Source: Pseudomonadota bacterium (lineage in GTDB: Bacteria; Pseudomonadota; Alphaproteobacteria; Rhizobiales; Tepidamorphaceae). From it: a DNA stretch of 64,000 bases. The position numbers and the translations under genes are program-made. The notes under the pieces are model-generated. The model made no database searches. It worked only from the letters and a program-made list of their open reading frames with translations, and had not been told where the DNA came from. Positions 8,654-19,512 of the stretch are shown piece by piece. The stretch's first letter is position 1. Each line of letters begins with the position of its first letter. The stretch is from assembly GCA_039181495.1 (NCBI GenBank), contig JBCDCP010000001.1:365-64364 (forward strand), in the 5' to 3' direction.

Positions 8654-9583
8654 TCAAACGCCTTTCAGTACATGTAGGACGTTCTCCACGGTCAGCTGGC
8701 TGACGCGGGCATTTGCCTGGCTGGTAACACCGGCGATGTGCGGGGTGAGCAACAGATTGGGCAGCCCTGTGAAGGCCCGTGCCATTTCCGCGCTTGGCGG
8801 TTCTTCGGCAAAGACGTCAAGTGCCGCACCACCGATCTGGCCAGAACGCAGGGCGGCAATCAGGGCCGGTACATCGATAATCTCGCCGCGTGCGGTATTG
8901 ATGATGATAACGCCGGGTTTCATCAACGCCATCTTCTCGGCATCGATCAGTCCGACGGTTTCGTCGGTCAGAGGCACATGCAGGCTTATGATATCCGCCG
9001 TCGCCAAGACCGCGTCCAATGTGACGCGCTCAACCTGCGCCCAGGCCGGTTCACTCTCAGGCAGGTGCGGATCATGGGCACAGATCTCGATGCCCAGCCC
9101 TCTCGCGAGGTCGGCGACCTCGCGCGCGATGGCGCCAAAGCCAATAAGACCAAGACGCTGGCCGGCCGCTTCGTGACCAGACCCCAGTTTGGCGCGGGGC
9201 CATTCGCCGGACTGGATATCTGCAGTGGACTGAAATGCACCGCGCGCCAGCATCATCGCCGCGGCGATTACATATTCGGCGACCGATCTTGTGTTCGCTC
9301 CGGTGGCTGGGCAAACCTTGATCCCGCGCGCTTCACATTGATCGAGGTCTATGTTGTCGAGCCCTACACCCAGACGGCCAACGACCTTGAGCTTCGGTGC
9401 CGCTTCCAAAAGTTCGGCATCGACCCGTGTGCGATTGCGGACAATGACGCCCGCGGCGTCGCCGATTCCACCCAGCAGTCCAGGCCGGTTGTCGACCAGG
9501 CCTGGATCGAAGATGACCTGGATATCATCGCCAAATGCCTCCAGTGCCGTTTCGTCCATGAATTCCGTGATCAAAACCATCAT
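8654..9583 (-). CDS. D-isomer-specific 2-hydroxyacid dehydrogenase (PGDH-like)
   Basis: GLIGFGAIAREVADLARGLGIEI NAD-binding motif, plus ...INTARGEIIDVPAL...GAALDVF...P...LLLTPHIAG catalytic-domain motifs. Confidence 0.85.
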   Translation of the reverse strand: MMVLITEFMDETALEAFGDDIQVIFDPGLVDNRPGLLGGIGDAAGVIVRNRTRVDAELLEAAPKLKVVGRLGVGLDNIDLDQCEARGIKVCPATGANTRSVAEYVIAAAMMLARGAFQSTADIQSGEWPRAKLGSGHEAAGQRLGLIGFGAIAREVADLARGLGIEICAHDPHLPESEPAWAQVERVTLDAVLATADIISLHVPLTDETVGLIDAEKMALMKPGVIIINTARGEIIDVPALIAALRSGQIGGAALDVFAEEPPSAEMARAFTGLPNLLLTPHIAGVTSQANARVSQLTVENVLHVLKGV

Positions 9584-9627
9584 GATGTGTCTTGCCTCAA
9601 AACACGCTCTGGACCGCAGTCTTGGCG

Positions 9628-10713
9628 CTAAGCTGCCAAGTCGCGCATCACGGCGATCAGATCCGACTTTCCCTCGAACCCAATGCCGGGCAGTTCCGGC
9701 ATGGTGATGTAGCCATCTTCGACCTGCACCTCATCCGGAAAACCGCCATAGGGCTGAAACAGGTCCGGATAACTTTCGTTGCCGCCAAGGCCCAGCCCCG
9801 CCGCAATGTTCAGGGACATCTGGTGTCCGCCATGGGGGATGCACCGCGACGGTGACCAGCCCATCTGATCTAGCACTTCCAGTGTCTTCAGATATTCGAC
9901 CAGCCCATAGGACAGTGCACAGTCGAACTGCAGCCAGTCGCGGTCCGGTCGCATGCCGCCATAGCGCAGCAGGTTGCGAGCATCCTGATGCGAGAACAGG
10001 TTTTCACCCGTGGCCATCGCGCCTGGATAGAATTCCGATAGCGACGACTGCAGGTGAAAATCGAGTGGGTCGCCGGCTTCTTCGAACCAGAACAGATCGT
10101 AGGCGCGCAACATCTTTGCGTAAGCGATCGCCGTCTCCAGATCGAAGCGGCCATTGGCGTCTACCGCGAGCTGTGCCTCGTCGCCGATCTCCGAGAGCGC
10201 TGCCTCGATCCTGCGCTGATCTTCGGTGATCGACGCGCCGCCGATCTTCATTTTGACGACGGTGTACCCACGATCGACATAGCCGCGCAGTTCTTGGCGC
10301 AGACCCTTGTCGTCCTTGCCAGGATAATAGTAGCCACCGGCTGCGTAGACGAAGACACGCGGATCGGCTTCGCGGCCCCTCTGCTCGGCCAGGAGCCGGA
10401 ACAGCGGCGTGCCCTCGATCTTCGCAATGGCATCCCATACCGCCATGTCGATGGTGCCAACCGCAACGGAACGTTCCCCATGTCCACCCGGTTTTTCGTT
10501 CTGCATCATCGCAGCCCAGATTTTGTGGGCATCGAGATTAGTCGCTTGTTCGTTGAGCAACGATGCTGGCTCGGCATCGAGAATGCGGTCTCTGAACCGC
10601 TCGCGGATGAGCCCGCCTTGCCCATAGCGGCCGTTTGAATTGAAACCATAGCCGACAACCCGCCTGCCATCGCGTTCCACATCGGTCACGACCGCCACCA
10701 GGCTGGCTGTCAT
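9628..10713 (-). CDS. Enolase-superfamily enzyme (mandelate racemase/muconate lactonizing family), D-tartrate-dehydratase-like; the true start is probably upstream at 10791 (ATT)
   Basis: GYGFNSNGRYGQGGLIRERF, GERSVAVGTIDMAVWDAIAKIEGTPLFRLL, VKMKIGG, and the metal-ligand region AVDANGRFD...FWFEE. See the finding on the N-terminal extension. Confidence 0.8.
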   Translation of the reverse strand: MTASLVAVVTDVERDGRRVVGYGFNSNGRYGQGGLIRERFRDRILDAEPASLLNEQATNLDAHKIWAAMMQNEKPGGHGERSVAVGTIDMAVWDAIAKIEGTPLFRLLAEQRGREADPRVFVYAAGGYYYPGKDDKGLRQELRGYVDRGYTVVKMKIGGASITEDQRRIEAALSEIGDEAQLAVDANGRFDLETAIAYAKMLRAYDLFWFEEAGDPLDFHLQSSLSEFYPGAMATGENLFSHQDARNLLRYGGMRPDRDWLQFDCALSYGLVEYLKTLEVLDQMGWSPSRCIPHGGHQMSLNIAAGLGLGGNESYPDLFQPYGGFPDEVQVEDGYITMPELPGIGFEGKSDLIAVMRDLAA

Positions 10714-10971
10714 TTTGCTGAAATCGATGTAGGCGTTGCGGATGGGAGACGAGATCGGCTTGGTGATCTCGCAGATCTCAACGATACGAATGGCAGGGCC
10801 TCACTAGGCTGGCATTGGTGCTTTGTTGTCGTCCCAATGACCTATCAATGGCGGGTTGATTTTGCACGACCGAGACCGCGTTTTCGTTCTTATGTGATTG
10901 CTCGCGAGCATGTTCTGCGGTGATCAAAGTCAACCCTGCGGCACCAGCACGACCGTACTCAGATCAACTGC

Positions 10972-11841
10972 TCATCGGCCGCCGGCCGCTTCCTGCTGCG
11001 TGAAGAAAGAGGCGCCCTTGGGATAGGCTGGCGTTTCCACCTCGTAGGCTTCGGCACGGATCCGGTTCGGATTTTCTCCGCGCACGAATAGACCCTCGTG
11101 CCGCGTTGGAACCGGGTTGGGGCAACACGGCATTGCATCGCCGGCAGAGTAGACGCTGATGAAGAGCGTTCGCGGTGCGCTGGACTGGTTTGCGGTGGAT
11201 CCATGGGCGACCCTGGTATGCATCAGGCAGACTGATCCGGCCGGTCCATAGCAGCTCACGGCCTGTGCCTTCATGCTCTCCTCGACTTCCGGACCCACCG
11301 CTCCGGCGAACACGCCATCGCGCCAAAGCGAATGCAAAGGTCCCTTATGTGAGCCGGGTTGAACTTCCAGCGGACCGTTGTCTGGCGTCACCTCGTCAAT
11401 CATCAAGAGCGCGGTTATAAGATCCGAATTCGAATGTGGCGTGAACGGGAAGTCCTGGTGCCATTTCACTTCGGTGGCCGAGCCCGGCTGCTTCGCATTG
11501 ATCTTGGTGTGATGGAGCTTAACGTCGGGACCGATAAGGTCCGCCACCATGTCGGTCATCGCGCTGTCTGACATGGCCTCATAGTAGGCGTCGGAGATTT
11601 CGGTGGGCGCGGCAACACGGCGGAGGGCGGGTGCCTCAGCGCTGTGGCCCGGCTGAACATCGAAGCGCGCGCGTCCGTCCATAATCTCGCCGAACGGTCC
11701 ATCATGCACGCGGCTTTCCTCAACCCATGCGTCCATATCAGCCCGCAAACACCCAAGAAGCTCCGGCGAGACAGCGTTCTCCACGGTCAGGAACCCGTCC
11801 CGCCAGAATTGTTCACGCTGCGCATCGGTCAGAATATTCAT
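10972..11841 (-). CDS. Phytanoyl-CoA dioxygenase (PhyH) family Fe(II)/2-oxoglutarate oxygenase
   Basis: MNILTDAQREQFWRDGFLTVENAV N-terminus, then WHQDFPF...H..V.HGS motifs. The ATG at 11841 has a GAAGGGTGG SD; an alternative ATG lies at 11856. Confidence 0.8.
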   Translation of the reverse strand: MNILTDAQREQFWRDGFLTVENAVSPELLGCLRADMDAWVEESRVHDGPFGEIMDGRARFDVQPGHSAEAPALRRVAAPTEISDAYYEAMSDSAMTDMVADLIGPDVKLHHTKINAKQPGSATEVKWHQDFPFTPHSNSDLITALLMIDEVTPDNGPLEVQPGSHKGPLHSLWRDGVFAGAVGPEVEESMKAQAVSCYGPAGSVCLMHTRVAHGSTANQSSAPRTLFISVYSAGDAMPCCPNPVPTRHEGLFVRGENPNRIRAEAYEVETPAYPKGASFFTQQEAAGGR

Positions 11842-11912
11842 GGAACCACCCTTCATGATCTTTCCGTCTGCACCTCAGCATGCCCGTCGAATCCATTCAA
11901 CGCCGCGAATGT

Positions 11913-13136
11913 TCACGACTGGTGGGCAGGCGGTGTTGCCTGATCCGCTTGTAGACTCATGAGGCGTGGGCCGTAGACGAGCGCAAAGCCACTGAACGCC
12001 CCGATCCAAGCGATACCCGAAAGTACATGCAACAGGGCGGCTTGCGCAGGCCAGAAATCCACGAAGACACGGGCAGCGACTGCGCAGATCAAGAGCGCGT
12101 AGATCAACACGGTTCCTGGTCCCGCTGTCAGCTCCTGTCCGGTATGACCCAGCGTTGCGCGGGTCATGATCGCGAGCGTCATCAACCCGATCGCACCTCC
12201 CATCCACACATGCTGCGCAGCCGTCGCGCCAAGTAGGTCGGGCGCGACAATCGCTAAACCGAGCACTAACGCTCCGAGCGGCAGAAAGGCATAGCCCACA
12301 TGGAGCACGGTCACGAGTGGCTCAGCGACTGTCCGGTATCCGCGCCATCGTGCCAGCCGGATCAGATGCAGTGAGCCTGCCAACAACAGCGCGCTGCCGC
12401 TCACGGCTTCCTCGGGCACGATGATCCAGATGAGCAGTGCAAGAAACAGAACTACCAGCGCTATCTTGTCGTAGCGTTGCATGGGTGGTGTCGGGAGACT
12501 GCTCTCGCCTCGTTTTGCCAACCAGTTGCGCGTGAAAGACGGCACGACCCGACCACCGATCAGCGCGATCATCATCATGGCCATGGCGAGGCCAATACGC
12601 AGACCATATCCTCGGGCGGCGTACTCGCCACCTGCGGCCTCCCAGTGGAAGACTGCGTTGCCCAGGGTAAAGACGACCAGCATCGCCAACACGATCAGAT
12701 TGCGCCAGTTTTTGCTGGCGATGATTTCACGCGTGATGGCGAGCGCCAGGGCGAGCGGAAAGGCCAAATCGACGACAGCGACCAGAGCTGGTGAAAGCGA
12801 GCCGGAGATCGCGATAGCGAGCCTACCGGCAACCCAGAAGCCCACCAAAACGCCAAGCCTCCATCCAATGATAGGAAGCCGCCCGGTCCAGTTTGGCACA
12901 GCCGTTAGTAAGAAACCTGCGATGACAGCGCCGAGATAGCCGAACAGAAACTCGTGTGCGTGCCAGCTGATCGGGTCGAAGGCAGTGGGCAAAACGAGGA
13001 TGCCTGACAGCGTTGGAATCCACAGTGCCATGGAGAGCACTGCCCAGACTGCCGCGCCAAGAAAGAACGGACGAAAACCGAATGACAGAAGTGCTGGGCC
13101 TGTCCAGGCGCGCATCTGCTCAGCGGTGGTGGTCAT
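11913..13136 (-). CDS. nnrS: NnrS family membrane protein (NO-response haem/copper protein)
   Basis: FRPFFLGAAVWAVLSMALW and HAHEFLFGYLGAVIAGFLLTAVPNWTGR are NnrS hallmarks, and the protein is polytopic. I prefer the start at ATG 13136 (MTTTAEQMRAW) over 13196. Confidence 0.85.
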   Translation of the reverse strand: MTTTAEQMRAWTGPALLSFGFRPFFLGAAVWAVLSMALWIPTLSGILVLPTAFDPISWHAHEFLFGYLGAVIAGFLLTAVPNWTGRLPIIGWRLGVLVGFWVAGRLAIAISGSLSPALVAVVDLAFPLALALAITREIIASKNWRNLIVLAMLVVFTLGNAVFHWEAAGGEYAARGYGLRIGLAMAMMMIALIGGRVVPSFTRNWLAKRGESSLPTPPMQRYDKIALVVLFLALLIWIIVPEEAVSGSALLLAGSLHLIRLARWRGYRTVAEPLVTVLHVGYAFLPLGALVLGLAIVAPDLLGATAAQHVWMGGAIGLMTLAIMTRATLGHTGQELTAGPGTVLIYALLICAVAARVFVDFWPAQAALLHVLSGIAWIGAFSGFALVYGPRLMSLQADQATPPAHQS

Positions 13137-13480
13137 GACCCCTCGCAAACGCAATCCGGCGCCCTGAACAGATCTGACTCCAACAGACGGAAACACAGCA
13201 TCGGTGCTCTTGCCGTCTCATCTTTCGCGCACGGGCACTCCAAGCCTTGTTGTGATATCACGCGAGGACACTCAGGGCGATCAGCAAACTCGCGTTGGTC
13301 ATCCCTACGCTTAGATTCCCAAGAGCTGTCTCCATTTGCTCAGCCGCGTAATGCCTGTCCGAGGGTCGCAAAATCGACACGGAGCACCCTTGGCGATAAA
13401 AATCAAAATCACGGCGATTTAAGTTAAGAAAATCCCCTCGCAGCTGGAAATCTGGTTCCTCTGGTTTTGGAGGATCTGGC

Positions 13481-14602
13481 ATGACAGCGCAGCCGGACAT
13501 CGCATTCGGCTATGACCCCGACCCGTCGCGGTCGCGCTCTTTGCTGGCGTCCGCCTATACCGATGCGGACTGGTACAGCGCGGACCTCAAGCAGATCATC
13601 GCCAGGACATGGCAATGGGTCTGCCACGTTGAGAAGGTCCGTGAACCAGGCTCCTACATCGCGGTGGATATCGCCGGACACCCGGTGGCCGTCGTACGTG
13701 ACCGGGATGGAAATCTGCGGGCCTTCTACAATGTCTGCAAGCATCGCGCCCATGCGCTGCTATCCGGTGAAGGCAGATCGACCCGGATCATGTGCCCCTA
13801 TCATGCCTGGGTCTACAGGCTGGATGGCCAGCTCGTTCGCGCACCGCATACCGAGAACCTGCACGATTTCAGTGTCAGTGACATCTGCCTCGACACGGTG
13901 CAGGTGGAAGAATTCTGTGGCTTCATCTTTGTCAATCTCGATCCTGAAGCGGCATCGCTATCGGAGCAATCGGAGGATCTCGGCACGGAGATCAGACTTT
14001 GGGCTCCGGATATCGACAAGCTGACCTTTGGCCATCGCCTGACTTACGACATCCGGTCGAACTGGAAGAACGTCGTCGACAATTTTCTTGAGTGCTATCA
14101 CTGTCCGACGGCGCACAAGGATTTCTGCAATCTCGTCGACATGGACACCTATCAGGTGACCACGCACGGCATCTATTCAAGCCATATGGCTGATGCCGGA
14201 CAGGCGACCAACACGGCCTATGATGTCTCCAACGCTACTGTAAGGACTCACGCAGTGTGGTGGCTTTGGCCAACGACCTGCCTCATGCGCTATCCGGGAC
14301 GGTCGAGCATGATCGTACTGAACATCATTCCGGTCGGGCCTGACCGGACGCTTGAAACCTACGACTTCTTTCTCGAAACGCCGGAACCCAATGAGATGGA
14401 AGTGGATGCGATCCGCTATCTCGATGAGGTCCTGCAGGTTGAGGACATCTCGCTGGTTGAAAGCGTTCAGCGGGGCATGAATACCCCCGCCTTCACTCAG
14501 GGCCGGATTGTTCACGATCCGCACGGATCGGGGAAGTCGGAGCACGCGGTGCACCACTTTCACGGATTGGTTCTCGATGCCTATGCCAAGGGTGCAGCGT
14601 GA
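13481..14602 (+). CDS. Rieske [2Fe-2S] non-haem-iron oxygenase, alpha-subunit type (CntA/GbcA/choline-monooxygenase-like)
   Basis: Rieske motif CKHRAHALL...CPYHAWVY, and a mononuclear-iron region NFLECYHCPTAH. No beta subunit or reductase gene lies adjacent. Confidence 0.85.
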   Translation: MTAQPDIAFGYDPDPSRSRSLLASAYTDADWYSADLKQIIARTWQWVCHVEKVREPGSYIAVDIAGHPVAVVRDRDGNLRAFYNVCKHRAHALLSGEGRSTRIMCPYHAWVYRLDGQLVRAPHTENLHDFSVSDICLDTVQVEEFCGFIFVNLDPEAASLSEQSEDLGTEIRLWAPDIDKLTFGHRLTYDIRSNWKNVVDNFLECYHCPTAHKDFCNLVDMDTYQVTTHGIYSSHMADAGQATNTAYDVSNATVRTHAVWWLWPTTCLMRYPGRSSMIVLNIIPVGPDRTLETYDFFLETPEPNEMEVDAIRYLDEVLQVEDISLVESVQRGMNTPAFTQGRIVHDPHGSGKSEHAVHHFHGLVLDAYAKGAA

Positions 14603-14689
14603 ACCCGTCTGGCATTGTCGGGTTAGCGAGGACGCAGGTCTTTTCGCGCCTCCGTGCTGCGGCCAACCTCCGCCGGAGGTCTGCGTGAC

Positions 14690-15484
14690 ATGATGCTCAA
14701 GGGGAAAACGGCGCTCGTTACCGGTGCCCGCGGAGGGATCGGCCGTGCCGTGGTCAGTCGTTTCCAGCGCGAAGGCGCGACTGTGTATGCCGTGGATCTC
14801 TCAGCCGAAGGGTCACCGACCACCGGTGGAGAGGACGGCGGACTGTTCGTTCCAGTCGATGTCACCCGGGAGGGCGATGTCACCGGCGCCATGGATGAGA
14901 TCGGGCGGCAAGCAGGCAAGCTGGATATCCTGGTCAATGCAGCGGGAATCGAGATCGAAAAGACTATCGAGGACACCTCGCTGGAAGAGTGGAACCAGAG
15001 CTTTGCCGTCAATGTGACCGGCACATTCCTGACCTCGAAATATGCGCTGCCGTTGATGCGAAAGGCAGCGCAGTCGGGGTCCAGCGCCAGCGTTATCAAT
15101 TTCGGGTCCTATGACGGTTTCATCGCTGATCCAGGGCTTGCGGCCTATTGCGCAACCAAGGGCGCGGTTCATGCGCTGACCCGCGCCATGGCCTGTGATC
15201 ATGGTCCGGAGGGCATCCGCGTCAACGCGATATGCCCAGGCTATATCGACACACCGATGCTGCAGGGCTTCTTCCAGGGCGAGGGGTCCGGCGGCGGTGG
15301 CGGCAACATCGAGACGCTCAAGACTGCGGTGCGCGATGTTCACCCCTTGCGCACCTATGGCACGCCCGAGGATGTCGCCAATCTGGTCAACTGGCTGGCA
15401 TCCGATGAGGCGCGTTATGCGTCGGGACAACTGTGGATTCTGGATGGTGGCCTTTCGGCCCAGGTGCAGCAGATGAGACTCTGA
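14690..15484 (+). CDS. SDR family oxidoreductase
   Basis: KTALVTGARGGIGRAV, NAAG and YCATKGAV motifs. A GGAGG SD lies about 10 nt upstream of ATG 14690. Confidence 0.85.
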   Translation: MMLKGKTALVTGARGGIGRAVVSRFQREGATVYAVDLSAEGSPTTGGEDGGLFVPVDVTREGDVTGAMDEIGRQAGKLDILVNAAGIEIEKTIEDTSLEEWNQSFAVNVTGTFLTSKYALPLMRKAAQSGSSASVINFGSYDGFIADPGLAAYCATKGAVHALTRAMACDHGPEGIRVNAICPGYIDTPMLQGFFQGEGSGGGGGNIETLKTAVRDVHPLRTYGTPEDVANLVNWLASDEARYASGQLWILDGGLSAQVQQMRL

Positions 15485-15486
15485 GC

Positions 15487-16419
15487 ATGTCAAAGCCCGT
15501 CATCATCACCTGCGCACCAACGGGTGGGATCCACACCCCGTCCATGTCGCCGTATCTGCCGGTGACACCCGCTGAAATCGCAACCGCAAGCATCGAAGCC
15601 GCCGAGGCGGGCGCATCCATCATCCATCTGCATGCGCGCGATCCTGATACCGGCAAGCCCGATCCACGGCCAGAAACGTTTGGTCAGTTTCTGCCGGTCA
15701 TCAAGCAGTCGACGGATGCGGTGATCAATGTCTCGACCGGCGGTGGGCTTGGCATGACCATGGACGAACGCCTGCTGGCGGCGACAACCGCGAGCCCGGA
15801 AATGGCGTCGCTCAATATGGGGTCGATGAATTTCGGCATCTTCCCGATGCTCCAGAAGTACACCGAATTCCAGCATGACTGGGAGCGACCGTTTCTGGAG
15901 ATGACCGAGGATTTCATCTTCCCCAACACCTTCAAGACGATCCGGTATGCGATCGAGAAACTCGGCGGCGAACACGGTACGCGTTTCGAGTTCGAATGCT
16001 ACGACCTTGGGCATCTCTACAACGTCAAATGGTTCGTCGATCAGGGTCTGATCGAACCGCCCTTCTTCATCCAGATGGTGTTCGGCATCCTCGGCGGCGT
16101 TGGCGCTGAACTGGACAATCTGATGCACATGCACACCAAGGCGGATCAGCTCTTCGGGCCGGAAAACTATGAATGGTCGGTTCTGGCAGCCGGCCGGCAT
16201 CAGATGCCGTTTGCCACTCAGAGCGCGATGCTGGGTGGCAATCTGCGGGTCGGCCTCGAAGACAGCCTGTTTATCGGCAAGGGCGAACTGGCAACGTCCA
16301 ACGCCCAGCAGGTCAGCCGCATCCGCACGATCATCGAGAATCTCGGCCTCAGTGTTGCGACGCCCGATGAGGCCCGGGAGCGTCTGTCGCTCAAGGGTGG
16401 TGACAGAGTTGGGTTTTAG
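15487..16419 (+). CDS. BKACE family enzyme (3-keto-5-aminohexanoate cleavage / dehydrocarnitine cleavage enzyme-like)
   Basis: [32 protein letters not shown]...[13 protein letters not shown] is the BKACE (DUF849) N-terminal signature. The ATG at 15487 lies 2 nt after the upstream stop. Confidence 0.85.
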   Translation: MSKPVIITCAPTGGIHTPSMSPYLPVTPAEIATASIEAAEAGASIIHLHARDPDTGKPDPRPETFGQFLPVIKQSTDAVINVSTGGGLGMTMDERLLAATTASPEMASLNMGSMNFGIFPMLQKYTEFQHDWERPFLEMTEDFIFPNTFKTIRYAIEKLGGEHGTRFEFECYDLGHLYNVKWFVDQGLIEPPFFIQMVFGILGGVGAELDNLMHMHTKADQLFGPENYEWSVLAAGRHQMPFATQSAMLGGNLRVGLEDSLFIGKGELATSNAQQVSRIRTIIENLGLSVATPDEARERLSLKGGDRVGF

Positions 16420-16430
16420 GGGAGTACGAC

Positions 16431-17849
16431 ATGCAGACGAAGATGCTGATCGATGGTGCTTTGGTTCCAGGTGCGGGTGAGGCGCTCGACATCATCGATC
16501 CCTCGTCTGGCGCCGTGATCGGTCAAGCTGCAGAATCCAGCGCCGATCAGGTCGAAGCGGCTGTGCGAACCTCCGCTGAGGCGTTTGGAGCTTTCTCGCA
16601 GAGCACTCCGGCCGAACGGTCAGCATTGTTGTTGCAGATTGCTGATGTGATCGAGAAGCACAGCCAGGAACTGGCCGAACTCGAAAGTCTCGATGTGGGC
16701 AAACCGTGGCCGTCCGCCCATGACGATGAGATGCCGCTGACCATCGATGTCTTCCGCTTCTTCGCCGGTGCTGCGCGAACGATGACGGGTTCCGCCGCTG
16801 GGGAATATGTGGCCGGGCACACTTCGATGATACGACGGGACCCGGTCGGCCCGGTAGCGGCCATCGCGCCATGGAACTATCCGCTGATGATGGCGTCGTG
16901 GAAACTGGCTGCGCCCATCGCTGCCGGGTGCACCGTGGTCCTCAAGTCGTCGGAAGTGACGCCGCTATCCACGTTCCGGCTGGCCGAACTGCTGCAGGAC
17001 GTGGTCCCCAAGGGCGTGCTGAATGTAATCCACGGGCGCGGCTCGACGATCGGTGACAGGCTGATCAATAGCCCCGAGATGGAAGCGATCAGCGTGACCG
17101 GTTCGCCGGCAACCGGCATGGCCGCGATGCGGGCGGCGTCCAACCAGATCCGTCATGTTCATCTGGAGCTCGGTGGAAAGGCTCCGGTTGTCGTCTTTGA
17201 CGATGCCGATATGGACGCTGTGGCCGAAACCATACGCTATGGCAGCTATTTCAATGCTGGACAGGACTGCGCCCAGCCCTGCCGGATACTGGTTGAAGAC
17301 GGTGCCTATGACCGGCTGGTAGCGGGCATTGTCGATCAGGTCGGGCAAATCCAGATTGGAGCGCCGAAGGCCGAGGGCACCGAAATGGGTCCGCTGGTCT
17401 CGGCGGCGCAGCGGGATCGGGTTGCCGGCTTCGTCGACCGTGCTCGTGCCGCTTGTGAGATTGTCACCGGTGGTGAAGCCGTTGAGGGCGATGGCTTCTT
17501 CTACGCACCGACGGTCATCGCCAATGTCGACAATGACGCTGAGATCGCCCGCGACGAGGTGTTCGGACCGGTGGTGACCATCTCCCGGTTCTCGGATGCG
17601 GACGAGGCCCTGCGGATTGCCAATGCCGGGTCCTACGGTCTGGCGTCTTCGGTGTGGACCCGTGATGTGGGCCGCGCCATGCAGATGACCGCGCGCCTGC
17701 GCTATGGATTCACCTGGGTGAACACGCATGGGGTCGGCACGCCGGAGATGCCCTGGGCCGCGATGAAAGCGTCGGGCACCGGCTGTGACATGTCGGTCTA
17801 TGCGCTCGACGCCTACACCTCGATTCGCCACGTCATGGTCGCACATTGA
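16431..17849 (+). CDS. NAD(P)-dependent aldehyde dehydrogenase (aminobutyraldehyde/betaine-aldehyde dehydrogenase-like)
   Basis: [30 protein letters not shown] and [12 protein letters not shown] (catalytic Cys) motifs. Confidence 0.9.
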   Translation: MQTKMLIDGALVPGAGEALDIIDPSSGAVIGQAAESSADQVEAAVRTSAEAFGAFSQSTPAERSALLLQIADVIEKHSQELAELESLDVGKPWPSAHDDEMPLTIDVFRFFAGAARTMTGSAAGEYVAGHTSMIRRDPVGPVAAIAPWNYPLMMASWKLAAPIAAGCTVVLKSSEVTPLSTFRLAELLQDVVPKGVLNVIHGRGSTIGDRLINSPEMEAISVTGSPATGMAAMRAASNQIRHVHLELGGKAPVVVFDDADMDAVAETIRYGSYFNAGQDCAQPCRILVEDGAYDRLVAGIVDQVGQIQIGAPKAEGTEMGPLVSAAQRDRVAGFVDRARAACEIVTGGEAVEGDGFFYAPTVIANVDNDAEIARDEVFGPVVTISRFSDADEALRIANAGSYGLASSVWTRDVGRAMQMTARLRYGFTWVNTHGVGTPEMPWAAMKASGTGCDMSVYALDAYTSIRHVMVAH

Positions 17850-18583
17850 TGCGCCTTGGTGGCAAGCGCGCGTTTGTCACGGGCGGTCGGCAGGGCATCG
17901 GCCGCGGCATCGTCGATGCCTTCGTCGCCGAAGGCGCATCGGTGATCATTTGCGGACGCGGCGAGAAGCCCGATGATCTGTCAGCTGATTGGATTGCGCT
18001 GGATGTGTCCGATAGCGACGCCGTCGGGCAAGCCGTGGCTGATCTCAGACCGCTGGACGTTTTGGTCAACAATGCCGGTGTTCAGGTCGAGAAAACGGTC
18101 GTCGACAGCACCGATGAGGACTGGGATCTGGTTATGGGGGTCAACGCCCGTGGAGTGTTCAATGTCTGCCGCGCTGCGATCCCGCAGATGAACCCCGGCG
18201 GGTCAATCATCAATATTGGGTCCATTTCAGGCGCGGTCGCGGACCCTGCCATGGCGCTCTACAACGCGTCCAAGGCCTTCGTGCACGGCCTAACCCGTTC
18301 GATCGCTATCGATCACGGGCCTCAGATTCGGTGCAATGCCATTTGCCCGGGTTGGATCGAGACCGGCATGCTGGAGGCTGGCTTTGGCCTCGCCAAGGAT
18401 CCCGAGCAGGCCAAATCCGACGCCGTCCAGCGGCACCCTGCCGGCCGCTTTGGTGCACCGGCTGATGTTGCATCGCTGGCAGTCTGGCTCGCATCCGACG
18501 AAGCCAGTTTCGCCACTGGTCAGCTGTTCACGATCGATGGCGGCATGACCGCGGCATCGCCCCTCAATCCAGGACTGTTCTGA
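17846..18583 (+). CDS. SDR family oxidoreductase
   Basis: [20 protein letters not shown] and YNASKAFV motifs. Its start overlaps the upstream stop by 4 nt. Confidence 0.85.
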   Translation: MMRLGGKRAFVTGGRQGIGRGIVDAFVAEGASVIICGRGEKPDDLSADWIALDVSDSDAVGQAVADLRPLDVLVNNAGVQVEKTVVDSTDEDWDLVMGVNARGVFNVCRAAIPQMNPGGSIINIGSISGAVADPAMALYNASKAFVHGLTRSIAIDHGPQIRCNAICPGWIETGMLEAGFGLAKDPEQAKSDAVQRHPAGRFGAPADVASLAVWLASDEASFATGQLFTIDGGMTAASPLNPGLF

Positions 18584-19512
18584 TGAGCGACATCAAACGC
18601 ATCGCCGTGCTGGGCGCGGGCGTCATCGGCGCCAGCTGGACGGCGCTGTTTCTGGCCGCCGGTCGGAGTGTGGAGGTTTATGATCCGGCTCCTGGCGCCG
18701 AACAGGCGATCCGCGACTACATCGAGACTGCCTGGCCCTCTCTCGAGGATCTCGGCCTTACCAAACGTGCCACTCCTGATGGACTGAGTTTCGTCAGCTC
18801 GGCTGCTGAGGCGGTGGCGGAGGCCGATTTCGTTCAGGAGAACGTGCCCGAACGCATCGCGGTCAAACACGCGATTTTTGCTGAAGTCGAACCAGCGCTG
18901 GCGCAGGATGCGATCGTATCAAGCTCGACCTCGGGGATGACGCTGGAGGAGTTGCAGGAGGGATGGGACGATCCGGCCAAGCTGATCCTTGGCCACCCGT
19001 TCAACCCACCGCACCTCATTCCGCTCGTTGAACTGACGGCTAACGCGCGGACCGACGATGGTGTCCTTGAGCGCGCCGAAGCCTTTTACGCGGACATCGG
19101 AAAGGTCACGATCCGAATCAGGAAGGGCCTGCCGGGCCATGTGGCCAACCGGCTGCAGGCGGCGGTGTGGCGCGAGGCGGTATACATGGCCGTTGAAGGG
19201 GTTGCGAGCGTCGAGGACATCGACAAGGCGATGTGGGCCGGGCCGGGCCTGAGATGGGCGGCGATGGGCCCGACCATGCTGTTTCATCTCGGCGCTGGAA
19301 AAGGTGGCCTGCAGGCCTTCTGCGATCACTTCCGTGACACCTTCAATGGCTGGTGGGATGGTCTTGGCGACCCGCGCCTAGATGACGAGGTTATCGCCAA
19401 GCTCGTTGCCGGAGTGACCGATGAGGCCGGAGGTCAGTCCACCGAGGAACTTGCCGTCCGCCGCGACCGGATGCTCACCGCATTTCAGGCAGCGGCGCGG
19501 GAACTACGCTAG
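18583..19512 (+). CDS. L-carnitine dehydrogenase-like 3-hydroxyacyl-CoA-dehydrogenase-family enzyme
   Basis: IAVLGAGVIGASW Rossmann motif, FVQENVPERIAVKH, SSSTSG, GHPFNPPHLIPLVE and GF..NRL. The overall architecture is as I remember for LcdH/CdhA. Confidence 0.7.
   Translation: MSDIKRIAVLGAGVIGASWTALFLAAGRSVEVYDPAPGAEQAIRDYIETAWPSLEDLGLTKRATPDGLSFVSSAAEAVAEADFVQENVPERIAVKHAIFAEVEPALAQDAIVSSSTSGMTLEELQEGWDDPAKLILGHPFNPPHLIPLVELTANARTDDGVLERAEAFYADIGKVTIRIRKGLPGHVANRLQAAVWREAVYMAVEGVASVEDIDKAMWAGPGLRWAAMGPTMLFHLGAGKGGLQAFCDHFRDTFNGWWDGLGDPRLDDEVIAKLVAGVTDEAGGQSTEELAVRRDRMLTAFQAAARELR

Noticed and set aside
13258-13500. 80-aa minus-strand ORF between nnrS and the Rieske oxygenase gene
   Set aside because: It overlaps the start of the Rieske gene, has no SD and no recognisable motif. 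The region is better explained as a divergent promoter region.
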